DNA of 64,000 nt from Rhodothermales bacterium (GCA_039944855.1 JBDUXZ010000020.1:377145-441144), one strand, 5' to 3'; counted from the first letter of the stretch, positions 18,401-33,007 are shown. Translations and numbers: made by a program. Notes: generated by a model from the sequence alone, not told the origin.

Positions 18401-19420
18401 ATGGCGTACCGCTCCCAACCGCTCTATTTGCTGAAGCCCGCGTACAACACGCCGGAGATCGAGAACGCGATGAACGGCTTCATCGCTAGCTGGCTGGACC
18501 TGCATCAGCTATCGGACGCGCAGAGACTTTACCACTACACAGACTTGGCAGGTCTCAGGGGAATCCTAGCGAGCCGGAGTCTTTGGTTCAGTCACGCCAC
18601 TTCGCTAAATGACCCTCTTGAGATCCAATATGGTCAGGATCTGATAGCCGATGCGCTGAACAGCGCGATGGCGGCTGAGAGCAACGACGAAGCGAGAACG
18701 TTCCTGCGACAGATCACCGTTCAGGTGCAGGCATTCGGGAGGGCTCTGTTCCATTCGTTCGTCGCCTGCTTCTGCGAGGATGATGACTTGCTGAGCCAGT
18801 GGCGCGGCTATGCCGACCGTGGAGGCGGCTACTGCATAGGGTTTGAATTCTCGGATGCAACCAGGACAACCTCTAGCCTCGACAGCCTTGATAAGGGACG
18901 GTCTCCGTTTCTGAGAAAGGTGATCTATGACGAGGATGGCCAGCGCAAGCTGGCTTCGGATTACATCCAACAAGTGACGGACGCAGCGAAGGCGGCGCTC
19001 GCAACAGGGATCTCAAAAGCCTATGGCAGCATGCCTGGATACGTCCCGTCGGTGATGGCGATGCAAGCGGCGAACGTGCTGCTCGACATGATGCTGGTTT
19101 TCAAGCACCGGGCCTTCCGGGAGGAGAAAGAGTGGCGGCTCATCCGGGTCACTATGGACAACCACGAGCCGGAAAGCATCCAGTTTCGTGAAGCATATGG
19201 AGGGCTCGCCCCATTTCGCCCGACTCACGTCTACGATCTCGGCGCGGAGGATGCCGCATCGTTCCCACTACGCGCTATCAGCTTCGGACCGTCGCTGGAA
19301 CCACTTCGAACGCGAGCAGCACTAGAACTTCTTGTCCACCATACGGGCTCTGATGAGAGTCCAATCGGCTTGACCCCTCACCTTGTCCAGATCAAAGGAC
19401 CTGGTTACAGCTTGCGGTAG
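18401..19420 (+). CDS. DUF2971 family protein
   Basis: Start ATG 18401. LYHYTDLAGLRGILASRSLWFSHATSLNDPLE matches the DUF2971 N-terminal signature. GC is markedly lower than the surroundings (hand counts 35/60 and 28/60 for lines 18541 and 18601, versus 42/60 in smc at 19861). Confidence 0.7.
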   Translation: MAYRSQPLYLLKPAYNTPEIENAMNGFIASWLDLHQLSDAQRLYHYTDLAGLRGILASRSLWFSHATSLNDPLEIQYGQDLIADALNSAMAAESNDEARTFLRQITVQVQAFGRALFHSFVACFCEDDDLLSQWRGYADRGGGYCIGFEFSDATRTTSSLDSLDKGRSPFLRKVIYDEDGQRKLASDYIQQVTDAAKAALATGISKAYGSMPGYVPSVMAMQAANVLLDMMLVFKHRAFREEKEWRLIRVTMDNHEPESIQFREAYGGLAPFRPTHVYDLGAEDAASFPLRAISFGPSLEPLRTRAALELLVHHTGSDESPIGLTPHLVQIKGPGYSLR

Positions 19421-19508
19421 GCACATGGGGAGATGTCTGCCGCATGGTTAGGCAGCCTAGGCGTGTTTAAGCGTACCCATTGGCGGCATAAGCAACGGCT
19501 TGCGCTTG

Positions 19509-22500
19509 CTACGCCGCCTCGTCGAGCACCTCGTCGAAGGTTACGCCGACGAGCTTGCTCACGCCCTCCTCCTGCATCGTCACGCCGTACATCCGGTCGG
19601 CCGCCTCCATCGTGAGCTTGTTGTGGGTCACGAGGATGAACTGCGTGCTCGCCGAGAAGGAGCGGATGAGGCCCATGAACCGCTCCACGTTCGAGTCGTC
19701 GAGCGGGGCGTCGACTTCGTCGAGGATGCAGAACGGGCTCGGTTTGACGAGGTAGATCGCGAAGAGGAGCGCGATCGCCGTGAGCGTCTTCTCGCCGCCG
19801 GAGAGCTGGGCGATCCCGCTCGGCTTCTTCCCCTTCGGCCGCGCGCGGATCTCGACGGGGCTTTCGAGCGGGTCGTCGCCGGCGAGCACGAGGTCGGCAC
19901 TCGCGTTCTCGCCGAAGAGGTCGACGAAGAGGCGCTGGAACTCGCGGCGGACGGCCTGGAACGTCTCGTCGAAGCGGGCGGAGGCGGTGGCGTTGATCTC
20001 GCGGATCGTCGAGCGGAGCGAGGCCTCGGCCTGTTCGAGGTCGGCCTGCTGGGCGCGGAGGAAGTCGAGCCGCTCTTTCTCCTCCTCGTAGGATTCGAGG
20101 GCGAGCTCGTTGACGGCGCCGAGCCCGCGCAGCTTCTCGCGGAGGCCGGGGACCTCGCGCCGCGCGGCGTCGGCGTCGAAGTCGGGCGCGGGCGGGTCGA
20201 CCTCGCCGAGGGCGACGCCGTACTCGTCCCACACGCGCTCGGCGACGGCCTCCATGCGGGTGCCGATCTCGCCGAGGCGGACGGCTCCGGCGGCCTGCCG
20301 CTGCTGCGCGTCCTCCCGCAATCGGCGGACGTCGCGGAGGAGCACGTCGGTGTCGGAGATCGCGGAGCGGGCGTCGGAGACGGCGGTCTCGGCCTGCTTC
20401 ACGGCGGTGTCGAGGTCGGCGCGGGCGTCGCGGAGGCGCGTGGCGCGGGCCTCTTGCGTGGCCTTGAGCCCGGCGGCCTCCTCGCGCTGGACGCGGACGC
20501 GCTCGGCCTCGGTCTGGCGGGCCGTCTCGCGCTCGGCGAGCTCGCGGATCGTCCGCTCGGCGCGGTCGCGGTCACGGCGGAGGGCGTCGAGCTGGTTGCG
20601 GGCCTGGACGGTGGCGAGGTGCGCGTCGCTGAAGCGGGCGAGGGCGTCGCGCCCGGCGGCGTCGGCGGCGGCGAAGGCGGCCTCGGCATCGGTGCGGGCC
20701 TGCTGGGCGTCGGCGTGCGCGTGCTGGGCGTCGGCGAGGGCGGCTTCCTGCGCGTCCGTCGCCTCGGCAGCGTCGCGCTCGGCGCGGAGTTCGGCGCGCC
20801 GCGCGTCGAGCCCGGCCTGGCGCTGCGTCTGGGCGTCGACGTCGTACGCGATCTGGCTCGCTTCTCGGTCGGCGTCGGCGAGGGCGCGTTCGGCTTCGCG
20901 GAGCGCGGTCCGGCGGGTGTCGAGGGCGAGGGTGTCGCGCTCGGCGCGGAGTGCCCGGTCCTTCGTTTCGAGCGATGCCACTTCAGACGTCGCGGCGTCG
21001 ACCTCAGCGCGGGCGGCGTCCAGCCGTTCCCGCTGTCCGAGCCGCTCGGCCCCGGCCGACTGCGCCGCGCCGCCCGCGTGGAGGACGCCGCGCGCGCTCG
21101 TCCACTCGCCCTCCGGCGTGACAAACCGGGCGAAGGGGTGCGGGCCGTGCAGCGCCTCGGCCTCGGCGAGCGACGCGGCGAGGAACGTGTCGCGGAGCAG
21201 GAGACGCGCGAGCGGCCGGTACGCTGCGTCAGTTCTGACCACGTCGGCGACGGCGACGGTGCCGTCGGGTGCGGAGTGCTCGGCGTCGGGCGCGTCGGGC
21301 AGCCGGTCGAGCACGACGAAGGTGGCGCGGCCCGCGTCGTCGGCGCGCAGCCGCTCGATGCCCGCGTGGGCCTCGGCTTCGGTCTCGACGACGAGGCACG
21401 ACGCGAACGGCCCGAGCGCGGCGTCGACGGCGGGGCGGTGCTCGGGGTCGCACGCGAGGAGGTCGGCGACGGTGCGCGGCGCGGCGGCCCAATCGGGCTG
21501 CGTGAGGAGCGTCTGCACGGCGTCGGAGAACCCCTCGTAGCTGTCAAGCAGGCTCTGGAGCACGCCCGCCTCGGCCGCCGAGGCGTCGAGCCGCCGGTGC
21601 GCCTCGCGCAGGTCACGCCCGACGGCTTCGAGCTGGGCGTCGAGGTCGGCGCGTTGACTTTCGGCATCGCGCAATGCAGCTTCGGCAACGTCGCGGGCGG
21701 ACTGGGCTTCGGCGCGCGCGGTCTCGGCGGCGTCGGTTCTGCCGGCGGCAGCGGCGAGCGTTTGGTCGATCTCGCGCCGTGCCGTCTCGATGCGGTCGAT
21801 CTCGGCCTCCAAAAAGGCCTGACGGTTCCGCTGCGTGTCGAGCGCGGCGCGGGCGGTCGCGACGGCGTCGGCGGCGCGGCGGGCCTCGGCTTGCGCTGCG
21901 CTGGCGCGCTCGCGGGCGGTCCGGGTAGCGGCCTCGGCGCGGTCGCGCTCGGCGGCGCGCTCGGCCTGCGCCTGCTCGGCGTCGGCGCGGGCTGCGTCGG
22001 CGTCGGCGATCTGTGCTTCGAGGGTTTCGGCTTCGGCGCGGAGCGCGTCGGCGCGGGCGGTGTCGGCGTCGCGCTCGCGGTCGATCCGGTCGAGCGCGGC
22101 GGCGGCGGCGGCGCGGCGCTCGTCGGCGAGGCGGGCCTCGGCCTCGGCCGCGCGGAGCTGCTCGGCGTGGGCGTTGAGCGCGCGCTGGTGCTCGGCGAGG
22201 ACGCACTCGCGGTCGAGCAGGGTGGCGCGGAGCGCTTCGCCCTCGGCCTCGCGGCGCTGGAGTTGGGTCGTCCGTTCCTCCACGGCGTCCCGAAGTGTCG
22301 CGGCTTCGGTTTCGAGCGTCCGGCGCTCGTCGGCGAGGCGGGCGTAGTCGGCGGCGGCGAGGGCGAGTTCGAGCTTGCGGAGGCGCTCGCTGAGGGTCTG
22401 GTGGCGCTGCGCTTTATTGGCCTGCCGCGAGAGGCTGCGGACGTTCTTCTCGATCTCGTCCGTGAGGTCGGCGAGGCGCGTGAGGTCGGCCTGCGTTGTG

Positions 22501-23045
22501 TCGAGGCGGCGGAGGGCCTGGCCACGGCGGAGCTTGTACTTCGTGATGCCGGCGGCCTCCTCGAAGAGGCGGCGGCGGTCGTCGGCGTTCTCCGAGAGGA
22601 TGTCCTCGATCATCTTCAGCTCGATGACGGAGTACGCGCCCGCACCCATCCCCGTGTCCATGAACAGGTCGAGGATGTCCTTGAGGCGGCAGACGGTCCC
22701 GTTGAGGAGGTACTCCGACTCGCCCGAGCGGTAGAGCCGGCGGCTGATCGTGACGTCGGTGTACTCGGTCGGGAGGACGTTGCGGGTGTTCTCGATGGAT
22801 AGGGACACCTCGGAGAGCCCCAGGGCGCGGCGCGTGGCGGTCCCGTTGAAGATCACGTTCTCCATCTTCTCCGAGCGCAGCAGCCGCGCCCGCTGCTCGC
22901 CGAGCACCCACCGCACGGCGTCGATGATGTTCGACTTCCCGCACCCGTTCGGGCCGACGATCGCGGTCACGCCGGGGTCGAAGTGGATGGACGTTTTGTC
23001 GGCGAAGCTCTTGAAGCCGTGGAGCTCGATGCTGCTGAGGTACAT
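19509..23045 (-). CDS. smc: Chromosome segregation protein SMC
   Basis: 1178 aa. N-terminal Walker A FKSF...IVGPNGCGKSNIIDA, long Ala/Glu/Arg coiled coils, a hinge, C-terminal signature LSGGEKTLTA and Walker B FCILDEVDAPLD. Confidence 0.95.
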   Translation of the reverse strand: MYLSSIELHGFKSFADKTSIHFDPGVTAIVGPNGCGKSNIIDAVRWVLGEQRARLLRSEKMENVIFNGTATRRALGLSEVSLSIENTRNVLPTEYTDVTISRRLYRSGESEYLLNGTVCRLKDILDLFMDTGMGAGAYSVIELKMIEDILSENADDRRRLFEEAAGITKYKLRRGQALRRLDTTQADLTRLADLTDEIEKNVRSLSRQANKAQRHQTLSERLRKLELALAAADYARLADERRTLETEAATLRDAVEERTTQLQRREAEGEALRATLLDRECVLAEHQRALNAHAEQLRAAEAEARLADERRAAAAAALDRIDRERDADTARADALRAEAETLEAQIADADAARADAEQAQAERAAERDRAEAATRTARERASAAQAEARRAADAVATARAALDTQRNRQAFLEAEIDRIETARREIDQTLAAAAGRTDAAETARAEAQSARDVAEAALRDAESQRADLDAQLEAVGRDLREAHRRLDASAAEAGVLQSLLDSYEGFSDAVQTLLTQPDWAAAPRTVADLLACDPEHRPAVDAALGPFASCLVVETEAEAHAGIERLRADDAGRATFVVLDRLPDAPDAEHSAPDGTVAVADVVRTDAAYRPLARLLLRDTFLAASLAEAEALHGPHPFARFVTPEGEWTSARGVLHAGGAAQSAGAERLGQRERLDAARAEVDAATSEVASLETKDRALRAERDTLALDTRRTALREAERALADADREASQIAYDVDAQTQRQAGLDARRAELRAERDAAEATDAQEAALADAQHAHADAQQARTDAEAAFAAADAAGRDALARFSDAHLATVQARNQLDALRRDRDRAERTIRELAERETARQTEAERVRVQREEAAGLKATQEARATRLRDARADLDTAVKQAETAVSDARSAISDTDVLLRDVRRLREDAQQRQAAGAVRLGEIGTRMEAVAERVWDEYGVALGEVDPPAPDFDADAARREVPGLREKLRGLGAVNELALESYEEEKERLDFLRAQQADLEQAEASLRSTIREINATASARFDETFQAVRREFQRLFVDLFGENASADLVLAGDDPLESPVEIRARPKGKKPSGIAQLSGGEKTLTAIALLFAIYLVKPSPFCILDEVDAPLDDSNVERFMGLIRSFSASTQFILVTHNKLTMEAADRMYGVTMQEEGVSKLVGVTFDEVLDEAA

Positions 23046-23143
23046 GCGGAGGCGGCGGGGCGGCGCGGTGGGAGTCGTTCGGAAGATAGCCTACACTGAC
23101 CCCCGCTGCCGCCGCCCGCACCGTCGTGTGGACCGAACGCGAA

Positions 23144-23177
23144 ACGCCCCGCCTCGCACGGAGCGAAGGCGGGGCGT
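23144..23177 (-). terminator. Hairpin downstream of the 23203-24036 lipoprotein gene
   Basis: ACGCCCCGCCT-(12 nt)-AGGCGGGGCGT is an 11-bp perfect stem, 26 nt beyond the stop on the minus strand. Confidence 0.5.
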
Positions 23178-23202
23178 CGGAGCCGCAGCGATGTGCGCCG
23201 CT

Positions 23203-24036
23203 TTATTTGGCCGGCATGCGGAAGGCCTCGATGTCGCCCGAGCCGTTGGCGTCGACGTACGTGTTCACGTCGGTGATCGTCGCGTTGCCGTTCACGGCGT
23301 TCATCTCGAAGACGCGCCACGTATCCCCCGGCGTCGCGGCCGGTGCGCGGTACTCGCGGACGAGGCCCTGGTCGTTGTAGACCTGGACGCGTGCTGGAAT
23401 ATCCTGGTCGTTGAGCGTCCCGGCGATGCCCTGTGAGCCGTTCACGCTCTGGTCCGAGAAGTTGTGCACCGAGTAGCGATACATCCCGTCGTTGCTGGGC
23501 GTGACCGTGATGGTTTCAGGCCCCTCTCCACTCGTGTCGTCGGTGTCGAGGTTGGCTACGGTGCCGAAGACTTCGTCGGCGTAATAGACGTGGAAGCGGC
23601 CGTCCTCGCCGTCAGGCCCGGTGAGGTGCGAGTCGAGGTCGCGGGGCTGCGTGCCCCACGAGAGGACGATGCGGAAGGCGCCGGCGGGCGGGGCGACCGT
23701 CGCCACCGTCTGCGGGAGCGTGTTCGCGCCGTCGGTGATCTCCACGTTCGTGAGGACTACGTCGAGGAAGCCGTTGGCGCGGATCGTGACGGTGTACGTG
23801 CCCGTCGCGATGCCGTCGATCGTGAACGTGCCGGTCGAGTCGGTCGTGGCTTCGGCGGAGGCGCTGCCACGGACGAACCGGACGAGGGCGCCCGCGATGG
23901 GATCGCCCTCTTGGGAGTCGACGATGACGCCGGTGATGGTGGCGTCGCCGTCGATGTCGTCGTCTTCAGCGGAGTCGCACCCGATGCCGGCAATCAACAG
24001 GAGGGCGAGGAGGGAGAGGGAGAGCAGACGTTGCAT
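23203..24036 (-). CDS. Lipoprotein with a carboxypeptidase-regulatory-like (CarboxypepD_reg) domain and a YfaP/DUF2135-like C-terminal domain
   Basis: ATG 24036 gives MQRLLSLSLLALLLIAGIGC (lipobox). The segment ITGVIVDSQEGDPIAGALVRF...TDSTGTFTIDGIATGTYTVTI is a CarboxypepD_reg pattern. LSWGTQPRDLDSHLTGP resembles the DUF2135 core. Confidence 0.7.
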   Translation of the reverse strand: MQRLLSLSLLALLLIAGIGCDSAEDDDIDGDATITGVIVDSQEGDPIAGALVRFVRGSASAEATTDSTGTFTIDGIATGTYTVTIRANGFLDVVLTNVEITDGANTLPQTVATVAPPAGAFRIVLSWGTQPRDLDSHLTGPDGEDGRFHVYYADEVFGTVANLDTDDTSGEGPETITVTPSNDGMYRYSVHNFSDQSVNGSQGIAGTLNDQDIPARVQVYNDQGLVREYRAPAATPGDTWRVFEMNAVNGNATITDVNTYVDANGSGDIEAFRMPAK

Positions 24037-24274
24037 GGTAGTAGCTAGGGAAAGGAGAAATTCCGTGGGTGGTGCGCTAGGGAGGTGGGCGGCGCTGAGG
24101 GGCCCCGCGGCCTCCCCATGCATCACGATGTTAGACGATGGGGGAGGTCAATAGTTCGTGTGAGGAGGAGCGAATAGCTTCCAATTTTGCCTGCACCTAC
24201 CCGCTCGGCCCGCTAGCATCGTGAGGGGGGGCGCGGTATGTTTGCAGCCCCGGCCACCCCCTCCCTCCTGCGCG

Positions 24275-24859
24275 ATGCCCTCTACTTCCGGCGACGTGAC
24301 CCGCCTCCTCGACGCGATGCGCAGTGACGCCGACGGTGAAGCGTTCGGCGAGCTGTTCGGGCTCGTGTACGACGAGCTCCACCGGCAAGCGCACCGCCAG
24401 CGCGCGGGCTGGCACAACGCCCGCACCCTCAACACGACGGCCCTCGTCCACGAGGCCTACGCCAAGCTCGTCGACGGGGCCGACGTGCCGTTCGAGAGCC
24501 GGTCGCACCTCCTCGCCGTGGCGGCGAAGGCGATGCGGCAGATCCTCCTCGACTACGTCAAGGCGCAGCGCGCCCAGAAGCGCGGCGGCGACCGCGACCG
24601 CGTCACGCTCGAAGACGGGCTCGCGATCGCCGAGGACGAGACCGTCCGTCTCCTCGCCCTCGACCAGGCCCTCGACACCCTCCACGCGATGAGCCCCGAG
24701 GCCGCGCGCATCGTGGAGTGCCGGTTCTTCGGCGGGATGAGCGTCGAGGAGACGGCCGAGGCCCTCGGCATCTCGGACTCGACGGTGAAGCGGCGCTGGC
24801 GGACGGCCCGCGCGTGGCTCCACCGCGAGCTGAAGGACGCCCCGCTGACGGACGAGTGA
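24275..24859 (+). CDS. ECF-type RNA polymerase sigma factor (Sigma70_ECF/PF07638-like, kinase-associated group)
   Basis: ATG 24275. TRLLDAMRSDADGEAFGELFGLVYDELHRQAHRQ...TALVHEAYAKL is the typical start of this ECF clade. The region 4 HTH is MSVEETAEALGISDSTVKRRWRTARAWL. Confidence 0.85.
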   Translation: MPSTSGDVTRLLDAMRSDADGEAFGELFGLVYDELHRQAHRQRAGWHNARTLNTTALVHEAYAKLVDGADVPFESRSHLLAVAAKAMRQILLDYVKAQRAQKRGGDRDRVTLEDGLAIAEDETVRLLALDQALDTLHAMSPEAARIVECRFFGGMSVEETAEALGISDSTVKRRWRTARAWLHRELKDAPLTDE

Positions 24860-24933
24860 GCACGGCGCGCGTGAGCCCTGCGGCCACCGCACGTCGTGAG
24901 TAGGTACGAGCCCCTCCCGCATTCCCCCGACCG

Positions 24934-27657
<2,724 letters not shown>

Positions 27658-27690
27658 GGAAGCGCTGGGGACAAACCGGGAGCCGAAGGC

Positions 27691-27930
27691 TCACTGTGGG
27701 CGCGGCGGGGCGGAGTGAACGATCGCGCGGAGAATGCGGAGCAGGTCCGCGCTCGTCCACGTCGAGGACTCCGACACACTGTAGCAGTACACCCCCTCGC
27801 ACGCCGGCGTGACGGTGAGGGTGGCCGGAGCGATGTCAGACCACGCGGGGGCGGGGGCAGGTATCGACGCGACGTGGACTTCCCTGTCACCGTGCCTGTG
27901 CGGGGTGCGAGGCATAAGGGCGTAACTCAT
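27691..27930 (-). CDS. Questionable small ORF (79 aa), hypothetical
   Basis: MSYALMPRTPHRHGDREVHV...TWTSADLLRILRAIVHSAPPRPQ. GC3 is acceptable only in the 3' half. No family and no clear terminator. Kept as low-confidence. Confidence 0.2.
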   Translation of the reverse strand: MSYALMPRTPHRHGDREVHVASIPAPAPAWSDIAPATLTVTPACEGVYCYSVSESSTWTSADLLRILRAIVHSAPPRPQ

Positions 27931-28132
27931 GGTCGTGGCGGTGGCGCGTGATACGGGAGCGAGCGTGGGGAGACGACGGATCCACTCCTTGAGCCGGGCA
28001 GGAGGTGATTGGCTTCCTTCAGCAATACGTAGGCTCGCGCCGAGAGGGGCCACGGGATATGTAAAAAAATTCGACGCGCTAGATTTTGCAGATCGAATCG
28101 CTGCAACAAGTGGATAGGTAGCCCTCGGATAA

Positions 28133-28166
28133 GGCGGCCTCGCCCATCAATTTGGGTGAGGCCGCC
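28133..28166 (-). terminator. Hairpin downstream of the 28182-28457 gene
   Basis: GGCGGCCTCGCCC-(8 nt)-GGGTGAGGCCGCC is a 13-bp stem with one G:U/mismatch. It lies 15 nt beyond the stop on the minus strand and is followed by TTAT. Confidence 0.5.
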
Positions 28167-28181
28167 GAACTGTACGACGTG

Positions 28182-28457
28182 CTACTCTGCGTCTTTCTCC
28201 ACGCGATCTGCGTCGTCGATGCGCGGGTTGTCTTTGAGCGCGTCGCTCATCTGGCGACCGGTGTACGTGTTGCCCGCTTCGCCCTGCCGCTTGTCCTCGG
28301 GATCGGGCGTGCGGACTTCCGACCCAGTGTCGGCGTCCTTTTCGAGTCGGTCATCGTGGAGGTCGGCGGCGGTGTCTTTCGAGAGGTTCTGCGCAGGCGC
28401 GTCGTCGCGGTTCGTGACGTTATGGTTGTCCGGGGTATGCTGATCGGGGTGGCCCAT
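28182..28457 (-). CDS. Acidic, low-complexity (probably disordered) small protein, function unknown
   Basis: 91 aa rich in D/E/K/T/P (…DDAPAQNLSKDTAADLHDDRLEKDADTGSEVRTPDPEDKRQGEAGN…). It has its own terminator hairpin. No family recognised. It looks hydrophilin-like (stress protein). Confidence 0.5.
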   Translation of the reverse strand: MGHPDQHTPDNHNVTNRDDAPAQNLSKDTAADLHDDRLEKDADTGSEVRTPDPEDKRQGEAGNTYTGRQMSDALKDNPRIDDADRVEKDAE

Positions 28458-28594
28458 AGCGGAGAGGAAGCGTCAGATGGAGAGGGGCGAGAGGAGGTGG
28501 CAGGGGAGCCGCAAGAACGGCGAAGATTGCTGCCGAACGTTAAACCTACCGGGCGGATGGAGGGTCCCTTCCATCGACGTTTGATGGCGGAGCG

Positions 28595-29065
28595 TTACTC
28601 CGACGGTAGCGAGTTCCACATGTCGTGCGCGATGCGCCACCGGCCGTCGGTCTCGCGTTGCCAGACGATGAGGTACTTGCCCCGGAACGGCGGCCGGTCC
28701 TCGCCGTCCTGCGTCACGGCGCCCTCGTAATACCCCCAGTCGTAGGCGAGATCCCCCGCGACGTGTAGCTCGACGGGCCGCGCCGCGTGGTGCGTGATGA
28801 CGCGGCCTTCGGGGAGCGCCCAGAGGTCGCGGAGCGCCTGGTGCCCGCGCACGAAGTCGCGCCCGCCCGGTGCGGCGATCCCGCCCTCTGCGTAGACGGA
28901 GACGAGGGCATTAATGTCGCCGCGCACGTAAGCAGTCGAGAGCGCGAGCGACTGGTGGAGGATGGCCTCCACGTCATCCGCATTTCCGCTCGTGACCGGG
29001 TCCGACTGAGCGAGGGCGACCGAACTGAGGAGCAGGCAGAGCGCAAAGGCGGGGGAGCGGCGCAT
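28595..29065 (-). CDS. Secreted DUF4440/SnoaL-like (NTF2-fold) protein
   Basis: ATG 29065 gives signal peptide MRRSPAFALCLLLSSVALAQ. The C-terminal GKYLIVWQRETDGRWRIAHDMWNS is the typical DUF4440 ending. Confidence 0.75.
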   Translation of the reverse strand: MRRSPAFALCLLLSSVALAQSDPVTSGNADDVEAILHQSLALSTAYVRGDINALVSVYAEGGIAAPGGRDFVRGHQALRDLWALPEGRVITHHAARPVELHVAGDLAYDWGYYEGAVTQDGEDRPPFRGKYLIVWQRETDGRWRIAHDMWNSLPSE

Positions 29066-29162
29066 GGGAAGGTGGAATGTCAGCAGGAACGGGGCTTTAT
29101 ACGACGAGAGGCCGCCCCGATGGTTGCGGGGCGGCCTCTGCATTCAGGCAGGGGAGGTCGAT

Positions 29163-30152
29163 CTACCGGCTCGTACCGAAGAGGCCCTTCCGCGCCGGGG
29201 CGGGCCGCGCCGGCCACGGTCGCGCGCTCGGGCGGTCACCGCGGGCGCTCGCTCCGTCGCTGGGGACAGCGCGGTTGGACGACGCCCGCGTCAGCGAGAT
29301 GCTTTCTTCGTAACGCACCCGTGTGAGGGAGCCTTCTTCGAGGAGGTACTCCTGTTCAACATAGTCGAGGCATTCCGCTTCGCCCTCGCAATCATCGTCG
29401 GTAAAGCTCATGCTCAACGTGTTGCCGTCAATGTCGTACGACACCAGAATTGTGTCATCGTCGTCGTCATCGAACGTCAGGCGGAGCCGGTCGCCGACCT
29501 TCTCCCACGTACCCCGCTCCGTGCCGTCGTCGTCGCGGATAAGGAGATCCCCGTCTGCTTCGAACTCGAGCTGGAAATCTTCCTCAGCGTCTCTGTACGA
29601 ATCGATCTCCGTCTCCTGGTTGGCCGGCACCGAGCGCGTAGCGAACGTGAGCGAGCCATCCACCGTGACCTCCTCGCTGCCATTCGTGAGGGTGACGTCG
29701 TTCACGGTCAGCACGTTGTTCGAGAACGAGTAGGAGGAGGCTGCATTAGAGAAGTACGTTTGCCCGCTGTCGTCTTCGCTCGTGTAGTACCTCAGAGAGA
29801 GGGAATTGGAATCGAGGAAAAGCTCGAACTGGGGGTATGGCGCGTCGAAGTTCTGATAATTGTGCGAGCCTACGTAGAACGCTAGGTCATCGCCGTCGCG
29901 GTAAGCGTAGCCGAAGTAGCGGAGCGTGCCGGAGAGGTCGCCGGTGACCTGGATACCGCCCTGGCCGGGCTGCGAGCGGTCGATGACTTGTTGCGCCTGG
30001 CTAACGGTAATGAGTGTACGGGATGCCTCCTCGTTGACGTTCCAGCGGCCGACGAGGGCGTCGACATCGTCTTCGTCGTTGGAGTCGCAGGCGACGAGGG
30101 TCAAGCTGAGGCTGAACGCCAAGAGCACACGCGCGAAAAGGGAACGGTTCAT
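29163..30152 (-). CDS. Acidic lipoprotein of unknown function
   Basis: MNRSLFARVLLAFSLSLTLVAC (lipobox). The body is Asp/Glu/Ser/Thr-rich and beta-type. GC is well below the surroundings (29/60 and 32/60 in lines 29401 and 29761), while the last ~40 codons are 46/60 GC and Arg/Pro/Ala-rich. Confidence 0.65.
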   Translation of the reverse strand: MNRSLFARVLLAFSLSLTLVACDSNDEDDVDALVGRWNVNEEASRTLITVSQAQQVIDRSQPGQGGIQVTGDLSGTLRYFGYAYRDGDDLAFYVGSHNYQNFDAPYPQFELFLDSNSLSLRYYTSEDDSGQTYFSNAASSYSFSNNVLTVNDVTLTNGSEEVTVDGSLTFATRSVPANQETEIDSYRDAEEDFQLEFEADGDLLIRDDDGTERGTWEKVGDRLRLTFDDDDDDTILVSYDIDGNTLSMSFTDDDCEGEAECLDYVEQEYLLEEGSLTRVRYEESISLTRASSNRAVPSDGASARGDRPSARPWPARPAPARKGLFGTSR

Positions 30153-30274
30153 ATAGGTGTATCGGGAGTCTTGAGGGCTGGTTGGGGGACATGTTCGTCC
30201 AATGGGCAGATGATACAGCAGTCAAAAGACTTACCCATTAGGCGCGGATAAATATTCTTGCCCGAGCCGTCGCC

Positions 30275-30331
30275 CCATTCGCACTCGGAGGCCGCCCCGC
30301 AGGATACGGGGCGGCCTCCGAGTGCGAATGG
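30275..30331 (-). terminator. Very strong hairpin after clpB
   Basis: Perfect 25-bp inverted repeat CCATTCGCACTCGGAGGCCGCCCCG-(7 nt)-CGGGGCGGCCTCCGAGTGCGAATGG, 9 nt beyond the clpB stop. Confidence 0.65.
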
Positions 30332-30340
30332 GCGATGCGC

Positions 30341-33007
<2,667 letters not shown>

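Noticed and set aside
20200-22400. Apparent tandem-repeat or low-complexity DNA (GCGGCG/GAGGCG-rich) that could be mistaken for a repeat array
   Set aside because: It is the Ala/Glu/Arg-rich coiled-coil coding sequence of SMC. There is no fixed repeat unit or spacer structure, and it is not CRISPR-like.
19500-22802. 1100-aa plus-strand ORF antisense to smc, and nested ORFs (20110-21540 +, 20399-22525 -, 21613-22206 -)
   Set aside because: These are antisense or out-of-frame shadows of the SMC coiled-coil region. They have no motifs and extreme Gly/Ala/Arg/Val or Ser/Pro/Arg/Thr content. The smc frame carries Walker A, signature and Walker B motifs end to end.
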